NCBI GenBank assembly: GCA_021513715.1
Contig: CP084167.1
Location: forward strand, 2,496,001 to 2,560,000
DNA length: 64,000 bases
DNA from: Candidatus Heimdallarchaeum endolithica
Lineage (GTDB): Archaea > Asgardarchaeota > Heimdallarchaeia > Heimdallarchaeales > Heimdallarchaeaceae
Direction: 5' to 3'
Each line of letters starts with the position of its first letter. Positions within the stretch are counted from its first letter, which is position 1. The translations under genes were made by a program, and so were the position numbers. Positions 1 to 10,764 of the stretch are shown piece after piece. A model generated the notes under the pieces. The model searched no databases. It was not told where the DNA came from and worked only from the letters and a program-made list of their open reading frames with translations.

Positions 1-219
1 AATGTTAAAGGAGAGATTGATCAAAAAATAATTGATTCAATGAAAGATGTAATAATCTCTTCTGATCTAGAATATGGTGTTCGTAAACAACTCTGGTTAC
101 AAGTAGTAAAGGAAATTGCAAAAAGAAATGAATTCGAGATGTCTGTTGACTCACTAAACATTAATGATACTCCTCTCGGGGTGTCATTTAAAGTTCTTTT
201 TGAAGGAGAAAACGAATAG
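1..219 (+). CDS. 3' end of a hypothetical protein (truncated by window start)
   Basis: Frame 1 is open from base 1 (NVKGEIDQKIIDSMKDV...FEGENE) to TAG at 217-219. Confidence 0.6.
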   Translation, partial: NVKGEIDQKIIDSMKDVIISSDLEYGVRKQLWLQVVKEIAKRNEFEMSVDSLNINDTPLGVSFKVLFEGENE

Positions 220-271
220 ATTAAAATTGACATGAATTAAAAAAATTTAGATAATATAACAAAAAATAAAA

Positions 272-541
272 TTAGAGTCTAGTTACAAAGTCTAAGTTGA
301 CTGATTGCACACCTTCAATTGCAGAGAGGTATTCTTCCAAACTATCTTGCATTCCGTCTTCTTCTGGAATGATAAATTGAGCAACCATTGACACTAAACC
401 AAAGGCAAGAGGTCTTTTTTCTATAGTGTTTTGCATTTTTATTCTTTCTGGAAGATTAGCTCTTACTCTTTCTTCTAGACTTTCTGGTTTAATCTCGGGA
501 CTTTCTGGTCTTAATTCATATACTAATAATACTTCACCCAT
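272..541 (-). CDS. ef1b: Translation elongation factor aEF-1beta
   Basis: MGEVLLVYELRPESPE...PLAFGL..., 89 aa, next to the zinc-finger gene that usually precedes it in archaea. Start moved to the ATG at 541. Confidence 0.92.
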   Translation of the reverse strand: MGEVLLVYELRPESPEIKPESLEERVRANLPERIKMQNTIEKRPLAFGLVSMVAQFIIPEEDGMQDSLEEYLSAIEGVQSVNLDFVTRL

Positions 542-554
542 ATTTTTTTCACCT

Positions 555-737
555 TTAAGGACCTGTGAATCCACATTTAGGACATTGATACTCATTTCCG
601 AAGTAACGACATTTAGCACATCGGATGATCAATACTTCTCCACAATTTGGACAAGAGAACTTAGTAACACCCTCTTCGGAAGGGCTTATTACTCTATTAC
701 AACTAGAACAACTTGGCATTGTAATTTCGCCGCTCAT
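555..737 (-). CDS. Small zinc-finger protein (DUF1610/HVO_2753-like)
   Basis: Four CxxC pairs ending CPKCGFTGP; conserved position upstream of aEF-1beta. Start at ATG 737. Confidence 0.9.
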   Translation of the reverse strand: MSGEITMPSCSSCNRVISPSEEGVTKFSCPNCGEVLIIRCAKCRYFGNEYQCPKCGFTGP

Positions 738-864
738 TTTTCCACCTTTAATACGACTATATCTTAACGGAATAAGATATTTATTAAGTATTTTGACTCT
801 GTTGTTTTTCTTTCTCTCTAAACATCTCAACTTTCCAGTATCTTCATTAAAAAAATTGGGAAAG

Positions 865-2982
865 CTATTCATTAATCAATGAATTTGAAAGTTTTTCAAA
901 TGCTTTATCGATACTTTTGGCAAGTTCTTCAAATGTAACTCTTATACTATCACTAAAAATCATTAGTAAGTCATTTGCTTCTTTATTTTTTTCTTCTATA
1001 TTTTTTTCAATCTCAGAGTAGGTTGTTCTTACTATATGCTTTGTTTTTTTCTCTAATGAAGAAGAACTAGTATGTTCCTGAAGAGAATTAAACTGTTTTA
1101 AGACTGATGTCCAAATCACATCAACACTCTTCTTTAGATATTCGGAAAGGTCATCAAGCAAAGTTTTAGCAGTTCCAAGCGTAGTCTCTTTTGCTTTCTC
1201 AAAGTAGTCAATAATAGCTTCATATTCATCACCTAATTTATTCTCAAAATCATTAAGTTTATTAATTACAGAAAGGGAAAGTTCGCTAAATATGTTTTTT
1301 AAACTTTCGAATAACTGTGCCAGGTTTACCTCTTGTGTGTTTACTATCCTAGTTAAACTATTTTCTATTTCTTCCTTTATCTGAACAAATAGTTCTGAGT
1401 TATTTTTAAGAATGGAAGAAAAAACTTGTTCAATATTTGAAGAAAAATCAAGTAAGTTGCTTGATATAAGTTTGTGGTGACTAGACCAACTCTCAGTCTG
1501 ATTAGCGAAAAGATGCTTAACATTTTCTTCTATTGACGAATAATTGCGTTGAATATCTGCTTTAGTTTCTTCAACTAAAGAGGTTATTTGATTCTCAATA
1601 TCTAAATTTAATTCTGATATCTCTAGTCCTATTTTTTGAATTATTTGCTTAAATGATGATGTCACTTTCCGAAAAAGACTTTCAGCTTGACTTGAAAATA
1701 GTTGCCACAAGATTTCCTCTAATTCTTCTTCTCTTTTTTCAATTTGCTTTAGCTGCTTTTCATGTTTAGTAAGAATACTTTCAGATAATTGGGAAATTTC
1801 ATTGAATTGGGTTGAACTTTGTTCTATTTCTTCTTTTATAGAATCTACCTTAATATCCAACAAATGTGTAATCTCTGTAATTTTTCTCATGTTTTCAGTC
1901 AAATTATTTTGTTGGTCTTGTTCAGCTATTTTCAATAGTTTTGAAATCTCTAATCTCAAATCTTTTTGTAACTTAGAAATATCTTCTAATTTTGTTTTGC
2001 TGTTCTTCTTTAATCTATTAACTGCTGAAGTGTTTGACTTTATAACTGAATTGTATTGCTTAGATAGGTTTATTGAATAGCTTAAATCAGTAGAGATGAG
2101 ATTTGAGAGTCTAGTCACTCGTTCTTTTTTCGTAATAGAAAAGAATCTTTTGAAATCTTCCTCGAATTTATTTAAAAATGAAGATATAGATTTTAATGCT
2201 TGTGAGGTGATCTTGGTTCTCTCTCTAAGAAATTCGTTGAGGATTAAGTTAGTATTATGTAAAAGTTCCTTATGATTTTGATTTAGTAAGGATAGTACTT
2301 CCATTTCACTTTGATTTAATGCCATTAACGTATCCTGATCTGTAAGAGATAATTTCTCTTTTAGTAATATCATAAGCGATTCAATGTTTTTCTTTTGTTC
2401 TTTTGTTTTACTCTCAATTTCTTGCGAAAAATCATTGAATTGTTCACAAGTTGAGGTTTTCAGTTGATTTAACTCACTAGAACTATTTCCTATATTTTCA
2501 TCCATTATTTCTTTAGTTCTTTTTGCTAAATTAGTGAATCCCCTGTCAATTATCTTTCTTGTATTGTTAAACATCTCAGCCATGTAAACTGCTGAAGGAA
2601 GTGTAGGAATGGGTTCTCGTTCTGAAAAAATGGGCTCACCAATAGGAGTAAAACCAAGTTTTACCCTTAAATTTCGAATAATTTCCTCTTTCATGCTTCT
2701 CATTGTAGAATCCAAATTTATGCGAAATCTCCCGAATGAGCGAAGTCTTTCTGTTTCATATTGATTTATTAACGTCGAAGTTTCTTCATTGAGTTTTTTA
2801 CCCAATTTATGTGCTAGGTTATAGATGTTCTCCAGTGATTGAATATGGTTATTAACAGATGCATGAATAGACTCCTTTAAAGTATCTGCTGTTTCACTAA
2901 TGAATTTTTCTTGTTCTTTTTTTATGTCATCTAATTGTTTAGCAGTTATATTAAGTACCATATTCTTCGTTTTCTTTCTCAA
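865..2982 (-). CDS. Large alpha-helical/coiled-coil protein of unknown function
   Basis: 705-aa ORF rich in E/K/S/L with heptad-like periodicity; no catalytic motif seen. Confidence 0.75.
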   Translation of the reverse strand: MRKKTKNMVLNITAKQLDDIKKEQEKFISETADTLKESIHASVNNHIQSLENIYNLAHKLGKKLNEETSTLINQYETERLRSFGRFRINLDSTMRSMKEEIIRNLRVKLGFTPIGEPIFSEREPIPTLPSAVYMAEMFNNTRKIIDRGFTNLAKRTKEIMDENIGNSSSELNQLKTSTCEQFNDFSQEIESKTKEQKKNIESLMILLKEKLSLTDQDTLMALNQSEMEVLSLLNQNHKELLHNTNLILNEFLRERTKITSQALKSISSFLNKFEEDFKRFFSITKKERVTRLSNLISTDLSYSINLSKQYNSVIKSNTSAVNRLKKNSKTKLEDISKLQKDLRLEISKLLKIAEQDQQNNLTENMRKITEITHLLDIKVDSIKEEIEQSSTQFNEISQLSESILTKHEKQLKQIEKREEELEEILWQLFSSQAESLFRKVTSSFKQIIQKIGLEISELNLDIENQITSLVEETKADIQRNYSSIEENVKHLFANQTESWSSHHKLISSNLLDFSSNIEQVFSSILKNNSELFVQIKEEIENSLTRIVNTQEVNLAQLFESLKNIFSELSLSVINKLNDFENKLGDEYEAIIDYFEKAKETTLGTAKTLLDDLSEYLKKSVDVIWTSVLKQFNSLQEHTSSSSLEKKTKHIVRTTYSEIEKNIEEKNKEANDLLMIFSDSIRVTFEELAKSIDKAFEKLSNSLINE

Positions 2983-3100
2983 CTAAAAAAGTTTATGAAA
3001 AATAAACAAATATTCAAAGTACAAAAGAAAAATATTTGCATTACATTCATAAATAAAAAATAGTTAGCAGAATACTGTATAATAAAAAAGATAAAGACTA

Positions 3101-3490
3101 TTATGTCAGCAATCTCTCAACATCACTTGCTGCTCTAGCCATATCTAAAAATACCAATCCCAATTTAGCTTCTTTTCTAGCTGAGACAGTTAATACTGCA
3201 TTTGGTCCTGCTGCAATTGTGATTATATAACCATAAGCTCCTTCGATAAAAATCTTTTCGAGTTCTCCTCTTTGCATCTCTTGAGCTACTCTTTCTCCTA
3301 AAGAAAGCATTGCTGCTGTCATAGCTGCTAATCTTGCTTCTTCAATTTCTTGAGGAAGAACTGAAGCAATAGGTAACCCTTCAATAGATACAATTGCTGC
3401 ACTTTCAATTTCAGGGACTTTTATTTTAAGATCTCCTAGCGTATTTTTTAATTCTGATGTTTTATTTTCAAATGTTACTCCAAATGCCAT
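3101..3490 (-). CDS. Roadblock/LC7 (MglB-like) protein
   Basis: SAAIVSIEGLPIAS...LAAMTAAMLSLGER...AKLGLVFLDM, typical of roadblock domains. Confidence 0.92.
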   Translation of the reverse strand: MAFGVTFENKTSELKNTLGDLKIKVPEIESAAIVSIEGLPIASVLPQEIEEARLAAMTAAMLSLGERVAQEMQRGELEKIFIEGAYGYIITIAAGPNAVLTVSARKEAKLGLVFLDMARAASDVERLLT

Positions 3491-3733
3491 CTATATCCCT
3501 TTCTTCTTTATATAATGATAATTATTGCTTAATTTATAAATTAAACTATCTTACAGATATTTTCTCAATCACATTTTTAAATTTATTTGGAACGGCAATT
3601 GTCTTCATATATTTAATTAATTTTTAATTAGTTAAATAACATAAAGCCCTTATATAAATAGATGTAAAAACTGTAAGTAAAAATATAGCAAAAATACCAA
3701 TTTTCTTAAAGTATTGCGTTCTGTCTACATTAT

Positions 3734-4099
3734 ATGAGACCGAAATTCAAATACAAACAAGTAATTGTTGTGCGAACTGATCTGAAAATGTCAAAGGGAA
3801 AGACTGCTGTACAAGTAGCACATGGTTCCGTTTCTGCCTATATTAAAGCTAGTAAATACTATCCTTCATGGACTGAAAAATGGCTTAAGGAAGGTCAGAA
3901 AAAAGTTACAGTAAAAATTGAAACACAAGAAGAACTTTTTCAAATAGCTCATTCTGCTAAGGAAAAAGACTTGCCTGTGGCTATAATCAATGATGCAGGA
4001 TTAACAGAACTACCCCCTGGAACAACTACTGTGGTTGGTATTGGGCCAGGACCAGAAGACCTGATAGATAAGATATCTGGTCATTTAAAGCTGTTGTAG
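3734..4099 (+). CDS. pth2: Peptidyl-tRNA hydrolase Pth2
   Basis: KQVIVVRTDLKMSKGK..QVAH and DAGLTE..PGTTTVVGIGP motifs. Confidence 0.96.
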   Translation: MRPKFKYKQVIVVRTDLKMSKGKTAVQVAHGSVSAYIKASKYYPSWTEKWLKEGQKKVTVKIETQEELFQIAHSAKEKDLPVAIINDAGLTELPPGTTTVVGIGPGPEDLIDKISGHLKLL

Positions 4100-4125
4100 T
4101 TAGTTATTATGAAAGTGATAAGTAA

Positions 4126-5355
4126 ATGATTGAACTTGGACCTAGAATTTCTAATTTTAAGCCAATTAAAGGAAAAATAAAGGAATTACCAGAAGATTTT
4201 ATTGTAAGTGAAATGATAGATGAGAAAACTGTTCTCTCTCCTTTTCAAGAAAACTATTTACTTCCTGGAAAGGCTCCTGGATTATTTTTGCATTTTGTTT
4301 TAATCAAGAAAAATCTTGATACTGAAAGAGCTTTAGATTGGTTATCAAAATTGTGGAATGTTAACAGAGATAATTTTAACATAGCAGGAACTAAAGACAA
4401 AAAAGCTATTACTGCTCAAAGAGTTTCAGTTTGGGGGTTGAACAAAGTTTTTGAGAAAGGGTTAATTGGCGAAATAGATTACCCTACCCTAAAAGCAAAA
4501 GCATTAACTCTCAAACTTCGTGATATTAAACTAGGCGATCTTTGGGGAAATATGTTTAATATTCTTATTCGTAATATTTCTATATCAAAAAGTGAAATAA
4601 AACAAAAAATAGAAGAATTTCTGGGTGCTGTAAAGAACTTTGGAGGATTAATAAATTCATTTGGTCCACAAAGATTTGGAGATATTAGACCAATAACACA
4701 TCTTGTTGGCAAATTAATAATCGAAGGAAATTATAAAGAAGCAATACGCTTATACATAGGTAAAGTCTTTCCTGATGAATCAGATGAAACAAAAAAAGCA
4801 AGGAAACTTTTTTGGGAAGGAGAAAAGGTGAATGAAGTGCTTAAATTTTTTCCTTCATATTTAAATACAGAGAGAAAACTTCTTTTTTTGCTTAGAAACT
4901 CTGAGAACAATTATGAACATGCTTTTCAATCATTTTCATATCATCTGAAAAAATTATTTGTTCATGCTTATCAATCTCATCTTTTTAATAAATATCTAAA
5001 AATGCGTTTCGAAAAATATAGTAAAAATTTTAAAGAACCAATTTCTGGGGAAAAACTAAAAGATGGAATTGTTTATGCTCCAATTGTTGGAGCAAAAACG
5101 GAGTTAAATGGAGAAACAAGAGACATTTATGTTACGATATTTGAAGAAGAAGGACTAAAAGAAGATTTTTTTGCATCCTCTGCTTTCAAAAGATTTGGGG
5201 GAAAAGGAGCTTTCAGAAAAATTCTCTTTGTCCCCTATGATTTTTCCTATGAAATTGGGGATGATGATATCTATAATAATTCTACAATTAAATTAAATTT
5301 TAAATTGAAAAAAGGTTCGTATGCAACTAATGTAATTCGGGAATTTATTATTTAG
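4126..5355 (+). CDS. truD: tRNA pseudouridine(13) synthase TruD
   Basis: PEDFIVSE, AGTKDKKAITAQ, NSFGPQRFG, LKKGSYAT motifs. Confidence 0.95.
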   Translation: MIELGPRISNFKPIKGKIKELPEDFIVSEMIDEKTVLSPFQENYLLPGKAPGLFLHFVLIKKNLDTERALDWLSKLWNVNRDNFNIAGTKDKKAITAQRVSVWGLNKVFEKGLIGEIDYPTLKAKALTLKLRDIKLGDLWGNMFNILIRNISISKSEIKQKIEEFLGAVKNFGGLINSFGPQRFGDIRPITHLVGKLIIEGNYKEAIRLYIGKVFPDESDETKKARKLFWEGEKVNEVLKFFPSYLNTERKLLFLLRNSENNYEHAFQSFSYHLKKLFVHAYQSHLFNKYLKMRFEKYSKNFKEPISGEKLKDGIVYAPIVGAKTELNGETRDIYVTIFEEEGLKEDFFASSAFKRFGGKGAFRKILFVPYDFSYEIGDDDIYNNSTIKLNFKLKKGSYATNVIREFII

Positions 5356-5383
5356 TCTGTTGCATATTTTGCTTATTTTTTGC

Positions 5384-6163
5384 TTATTTTCCATATCTTC
5401 TATGTCTTTGTTGGTAGGTGCGAATTGCTCTCCAAAAGTCTATTTTTCTAAATAAAGGCCAATGAACTTCTGTAAAGTAAAATTCACTATAGGCTGATTG
5501 CCAAAGAAGAAAACCGGATAATCTTTCTTCTCCTGAGGTTCGTATAATTAAATCTGGGTCAGGAATATTACTTGTATAAAGGTGCTCTGCAATCAAGTCT
5601 TCATCTACATCATCATAATCGATTATTCCTTCTTTTGCTTTATTTATTATTTCCTTTAAAGCATCAACTATTTCGGCTCTTCCTCCATAAGCCATGCAAA
5701 CATTTAAAACATATTTGCTGTAATTGGCTGTTGCTTCTGTTGTTTTCTTTATTTCTTCCTGAACCTCTTTTGGAAGTAAACTAATCCTTCCTAAAATATT
5801 AACTTTTACTTCATTTTTGTGAATTCTGGGGTCTTCTCTAATACTGATGAGTTTTTCTCTCGCTAGGCGCATAATTGTCTCAACTTGTTCTTTTGGTCTG
5901 GAAAAGTTTTCTGTACTAAAAACCCAGACAGTAACGATTTTCACTCCTATCTCCCAAGCCCAATCAAGAACTTCTTCTAATTTTTTTGCTCCTAGTTCGT
6001 ACCCATTTTCATAGGATACCCCCAAAAGCTTGCTTCCTCTCCTATTTCCGTCTAAAATTATGGCAACGTGATGTGGGACTGGTTTATTCTTAATTTCTGA
6101 ATATAGTTTCTTTTCATAGACATTGTAGACTAGTTTAGGTATAAATTGCATTGTAAACACCAA
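5384..6163 (-). CDS. uppS: cis-prenyltransferase (undecaprenyl diphosphate synthase-like)
   Basis: HVAIILDGNRR, FSTENFSR, PDLIIRTSGEERLSGFLLWQ. Confidence 0.96.
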   Translation of the reverse strand: MVFTMQFIPKLVYNVYEKKLYSEIKNKPVPHHVAIILDGNRRGSKLLGVSYENGYELGAKKLEEVLDWAWEIGVKIVTVWVFSTENFSRPKEQVETIMRLAREKLISIREDPRIHKNEVKVNILGRISLLPKEVQEEIKKTTEATANYSKYVLNVCMAYGGRAEIVDALKEIINKAKEGIIDYDDVDEDLIAEHLYTSNIPDPDLIIRTSGEERLSGFLLWQSAYSEFYFTEVHWPLFRKIDFWRAIRTYQQRHRRYGK

Positions 6164-6236
6164 TGATGCAAATGTGCGTTAAATTGACGAAATTAATAGA
6201 TTATAAAATATTTTTTATTTTAACGTTAATAAGTAA

Positions 6237-6674
6237 CTACGAGAGCGTTAATAAATAATCACTATAGTTGCTAAAGTTCTCAGCAACGTTTCTATTATTT
6301 GTAATAACCATTATTTCAATTTTATCTCTAGCAGCAATAATTACAGGAAGTAATTGTGTATCTTTGACAGCGACAACAATGATATCCTTATCGCTAAAAT
6401 AGAGCGTATCTAATATATCCAGTGCCATATATAGATCTACATCCGATGGTACAATTATTGGCTTTAAACCTAATTGAATGAATTTTTTGTGTTGTTCGCT
6501 TTGTAATTTAATATCAAAAAAAATTTTTGCAGAGCGAATGCTACCAATGGATTTTATTTCATTTATCATTTCAGTAATTTGCTTATTTGTTAAATCATGA
6601 AGTATTGTTCCTTCAAAAAAACAACTAATTTTTTTTGTATCTTTACGTAATAAAGTGATTATTTGCTCTGTCAT
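6237..6674 (-). CDS. NYN/PIN-like domain protein (degenerate)
   Basis: SDVDLYMALD and D..LLPVI..AR pattern resembles archaeal NYN proteins. Confidence 0.55.
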   Translation of the reverse strand: MTEQIITLLRKDTKKISCFFEGTILHDLTNKQITEMINEIKSIGSIRSAKIFFDIKLQSEQHKKFIQLGLKPIIVPSDVDLYMALDILDTLYFSDKDIIVVAVKDTQLLPVIIAARDKIEIMVITNNRNVAENFSNYSDYLLTLS

Positions 6675-6842
6675 TATGTGGTTTAACTGTTTTTTTACTA
6701 TTTTTATGTGTTTTGGGTTATTAAAAACAAAAAATTGATTGTTATTAAGAGCTTATGCTTATACCATTTATCATTATCTTTAAACTACTCTCCAGCTAAA
6801 AGTAAAATCACTAGATTTAAATTGTAAAAAAAGGAAAACAGC

Positions 6843-8162
6843 GTGAAATTTATGAGAAAACAATTTTCTACCTTAAGTTTAAAATTTCGTGATTACTTTT
6901 TAGATAGAAGAAAACTTTCTCCTGTTTTGCTTGGTGTAGTTGGTGTTTTCTCTTTATCTATTTTTGGTAGTTATGTTGGTTTACATTTGAAAGACATAGG
7001 AACAACGCAAATTGTAATCGGTGTTATATTAGCTATGAGGAATATTTACCAGTTGTTTCTTCGTGTTCCTCTCTCTGATTTCTCCCAAAAGGTGGGTCGA
7101 AAACCTTTACTTTTTTCTGGATTATTTTGTTATTCACTTGCCTTATTTACACTTTTTCTAGCTAATCATTGGATATTGGTTTTTGTAGCTACAACTTTAA
7201 TAGCTTTAGGAATGAGCAGTTTTTGGCCTGCTTTGATTTCTTATATTGCTGATGTGGAAAAAGATGATGTAGGAAAATTGCAAGGAAAAACTTTTCAAGG
7301 AACAGATCTGGGTTCTATTTTAGGTTCCTTAGTAGCCTATCTTTTAATAAAATTGCTCAAACTCCCTCTACAAAATCTATTTGGTATAACAGCTTTGGCA
7401 TCATTTATTGCAGGAATATTTCTCTTCTTTTATGTCCCTGAATCGTTAGATGTTACTATTCGTGGTGACACACAATCAAAAATAAGAGGATTATTCGTTT
7501 CTTTTAAATCCATGTTCTCCTCTCTGGCTATTGTTTCAAAGCAAAAAAACTTAATGATTGTCTATTTCTATCAAATTGTATTAGCATTCTTGGAATATTT
7601 TATGACTGCGTTCTTCCCTTTTTTAATTACTACAAGTGTGGAATTAGGAGGAAAAGGAATGCCCTATGAAACAGTAGCCTTAATCATGTGGATAAACTCT
7701 GGAGTATTAATATTTTTCAAACCTCTGTTTGGACGAGTAATAGATAAATTCGGCTTCAAACTTCCAATAACAATAACTCTTTCAATTTGTGCTCTTACCA
7801 TATGGTCATTAGTTATTGTCAATTCTCTCTTTGTTATCGTGATGATTTATCTTATTTACAGTGCTGCAACATTAACAAGCTATATAGCTACAAATTCAGA
7901 AACAACAAGAAGAGCAAAAGTTGCTCAGAGAGGTTTAGCTGTTGGAGCGCTAGGATTTTATTTATCAGCTGGGAGATCATTGTCTACTCTTGTATTAAGT
8001 CCTGTTTGGAGAAATCTAGGCATTATTCCACTCTTTAAAATAGCAGCCTGTGTTGTGGCAATATTTATCGTAATTTTATTCATCTTAACTTGGGTAGTAA
8101 ATCCTACAAAAAAAAGTGCAGGAATCAACAAAAAAACACTTGTTGATGAACCTAAAACCTAA
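6843..8162 (+). CDS. MFS transporter
   Basis: About 12 hydrophobic segments; motif-A-like SDFSQKVGRK and GRVIDKFGFK. Confidence 0.9.
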   Translation: MKFMRKQFSTLSLKFRDYFLDRRKLSPVLLGVVGVFSLSIFGSYVGLHLKDIGTTQIVIGVILAMRNIYQLFLRVPLSDFSQKVGRKPLLFSGLFCYSLALFTLFLANHWILVFVATTLIALGMSSFWPALISYIADVEKDDVGKLQGKTFQGTDLGSILGSLVAYLLIKLLKLPLQNLFGITALASFIAGIFLFFYVPESLDVTIRGDTQSKIRGLFVSFKSMFSSLAIVSKQKNLMIVYFYQIVLAFLEYFMTAFFPFLITTSVELGGKGMPYETVALIMWINSGVLIFFKPLFGRVIDKFGFKLPITITLSICALTIWSLVIVNSLFVIVMIYLIYSAATLTSYIATNSETTRRAKVAQRGLAVGALGFYLSAGRSLSTLVLSPVWRNLGIIPLFKIAACVVAIFIVILFILTWVVNPTKKSAGINKKTLVDEPKT

Positions 8163-8262
8163 AAATAAAATACGTTTTTTATTAATTATTTTATTGAAAC
8201 TTTATAGATTCAAGAAGAAAACTATTTAAATTTTCTAGGAGAAAAGAATTGGTAGGCTAATA

Positions 8263-8670
8263 ATGTTGGAAAAAGTTCACGATCATATTATTGAAGAATT
8301 AAAAGTAAATACAACTACTGATAGAATTTTTATTTTGACAGCTTTGTTACTGAATCTAATCACTCTTGGTGTTAATACAGGGTTAGCATATTCAGAATCA
8401 ACAGCAGGATACATAAGTTTTTCACTCTTCTTAGTGCTAGCAGGAATAATAAATTGGGTCGTTGTTGTAGGCTTAACAAAAGGAAAGCAAAATAGGGAAA
8501 AATTGATACTTGGTTTAGTTAAGATGTATAAAGATCAAGGTATGGATAAATATTATGACACAAGTGTTTTAGAATCCTATAGAACAAGGTACAAACTCTT
8601 TACTGTGGTTGTTGTGGCAACTGGAGTTTTAGCTTTTCTAATTCCATTGGTTGTAATGTTATTAGACTAA
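8263..8670 (+). CDS. Small membrane protein (3 TM), unknown function
   Basis: 135 aa with three hydrophobic helices. Confidence 0.75.
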   Translation: MLEKVHDHIIEELKVNTTTDRIFILTALLLNLITLGVNTGLAYSESTAGYISFSLFLVLAGIINWVVVVGLTKGKQNREKLILGLVKMYKDQGMDKYYDTSVLESYRTRYKLFTVVVVATGVLAFLIPLVVMLLD

Positions 8671-8971
8671 TTATACAAAATTCGATATGATTCATTATTT
8701 GCTATTATCTGAATTTCCTAATAAAATTTCAATTTTTAACTAAATCTGCAATTTTCTAAAAGGCTATTCTCCCCGATTTTTTTCACGATTTTTTTGCTCT
8801 TCCAAGAAGGATGCCCTAACAATAAGATAACCTTAACGCATCATTCTTCCTTTTTCAAAGTCTTTTTTTTATATCTGCTCTTGAGAATAGTTTTTTATAG
8901 AATAAAAAAGAAAATAAAATAGCAACATTGTGTATGAATCTTCTCGGGTGTGAAAAATTTCTGTCAAAGAT

Positions 8972-9970
8972 GTGCAAGGTAAAGTTAATACTTATAAGGA
9001 TAACATATATGGCTTTTTCCTTGGGAATGAAGACGGTATTATCTTTAAGCATAGAATTTTCAACAAACAACTATGTCCTGAATCAGTGTTAGAAAATGTC
9101 GTAAGCTCTGTTTGTTCGTTTCTACGAGAAACAGACATTTCTGACCGAGGAGCAATCACTTTATCAAATTCTCTTATCTCTTTTATTAGGATTAAAGATG
9201 TGACTTATGTTATAAGTCATGGGATATCAGAAGTAGAAGAAGTATATGACATTCTAAATGGAATTGCAAAAATCTTTGAAGATCGATCTAAACGCCGTTT
9301 TCACAGCGGTGGTGAAAATCTGTTATTTTCTGGAGCTTCTGCCTCTTTTTCTGAAGTGGTGGAGGAAGTTTTTAGAGAGATAATAATAGCTCAACAAAGG
9401 AAAACTATGTATGAGGAAACAGTGGAAACAGATGCAGAAGAAATCATTCTCTCTGATCTTGAGATTGTTGACTTTCCTATTTCTATCTCAGGAGAATCAA
9501 TGGATAATCAAATTTCAAATCAGAAAGAGAAAGAAAAAATTAGTGAAGAAAAGGAAGAAAAAGCAAAACCTGTCAGTAAAGAAGACCATCTGAGATCTAT
9601 TTCATATAATATTTTGAACTCTCTATCAGGGATTAAGCATCTTGTTTTTATTGAGCATACCGATAACGAAGCTAAAATGTTTTTTGAATACGGTGAGATT
9701 GAAGAAAAAATAGTTCAACAAACTGTAACCATATGTGAAAAATTTCTTGATGAGATAATTGAACTTATGGCTGACAAAGAAGAGAAAAGTGCAATAGAAG
9801 TTAGTAAAAAATATCAAATTATCTTTGTTCCATTAAATGAAACTAATTTTATGTATGCTATAGCTACAAAAAGTATTGATCCTATAATTATGGAACCAGT
9901 TTTTGAAAGAATAGCAAAACGTATAGTTAAGCTTGTTCTTGACTATAAAAAAGAGAAAAGCGAAAATTAA
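8972..9970 (+). CDS. Hypothetical protein with putative longin/roadblock-like domains at both ends and an acidic linker
   Basis: N-terminal GFFLGNEDGIIFKHR hairpin pattern, E/K-rich middle, alpha/beta C-terminus. Fold is inferred only. Confidence 0.55.
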   Translation: MQGKVNTYKDNIYGFFLGNEDGIIFKHRIFNKQLCPESVLENVVSSVCSFLRETDISDRGAITLSNSLISFIRIKDVTYVISHGISEVEEVYDILNGIAKIFEDRSKRRFHSGGENLLFSGASASFSEVVEEVFREIIIAQQRKTMYEETVETDAEEIILSDLEIVDFPISISGESMDNQISNQKEKEKISEEKEEKAKPVSKEDHLRSISYNILNSLSGIKHLVFIEHTDNEAKMFFEYGEIEEKIVQQTVTICEKFLDEIIELMADKEEKSAIEVSKKYQIIFVPLNETNFMYAIATKSIDPIIMEPVFERIAKRIVKLVLDYKKEKSEN

Positions 9971-9971
9971 T

Positions 9972-10613
9972 TTAAGTGTTGAATGCTCTGTCTCCTGCGT
10001 CTCCTAATCCTGGAATAATGTAGCCTTTTTCATTTAATTCTTTGTCAATAGCTCCTGTGAGAATAATAGTTTCAGGATGTTTCTCCAATATTCTTTTTAT
10101 TCCATATTCTGAAGCAATGGCGCTTAAAACAACTATTCTCTTCGGTTTTTGCTGGTAAAGATGATCCAAAATAAATAACATCGTTGATCCGCTTGCTAAC
10201 ATGGGGTCAACAATAATAGCTACGTTTGATTTATCCAAATAAGGTATGTTTATGTAAGGGACATCTATCCTAAAATCTTTTCCGCCTTCTTTAAGCATTT
10301 TTCCTCTTGATGCAGAAACAACGCCCATTGAGGCCCTAGAAAACTGATTGATTACTCCCTCTGCCATTGGAAGTGCTGCTCGAAGAATAGCGACTACAAC
10401 AATATTATCTCTAATCATTCTTACTTCAGCAGTACCTAATGGTGTTTCTACTTTCTCTTCTATCCAGTCAAAATATCTTACTGCTTCATAAGCTAAATAA
10501 GTACCCAGTTTTTGAAGATTAAATCTGAATTCTGCTGGTTCTGTTTCTTTATTGCGCAAGGTACCAACAACTTGAGAAACAAGTAAGTTTTCGCTGCTTA
10601 TATTTTTATACAT
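9972..10613 (-). CDS. upp: Uracil phosphoribosyltransferase
   Basis: ILRAAL, IVDPMLASGST, YIIPGLGDAGDR. Confidence 0.96.
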   Translation of the reverse strand: MYKNISSENLLVSQVVGTLRNKETEPAEFRFNLQKLGTYLAYEAVRYFDWIEEKVETPLGTAEVRMIRDNIVVVAILRAALPMAEGVINQFSRASMGVVSASRGKMLKEGGKDFRIDVPYINIPYLDKSNVAIIVDPMLASGSTMLFILDHLYQQKPKRIVVLSAIASEYGIKRILEKHPETIILTGAIDKELNEKGYIIPGLGDAGDRAFNT

Positions 10614-10764
10614 TTCAAGAGGGGTTTAAATTTTATAGAAAAAAAGATTTCTGAAGATGTAATTTTCTTATAGAAGTTATCTCACAAAAAAGAACTATCT
10701 TTATTCAAAAAGTAAATTAAGAATAGTGACTATTGTTACTTATTAGATTTACAAGTTGTTAAAC

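Noticed and set aside
8770-8852. Imperfect hairpin AAGAAGGATGC/GCATCATTCTT and a short direct repeat
   Set aside because: Too weak to call without conservation data; no flanking duplication.
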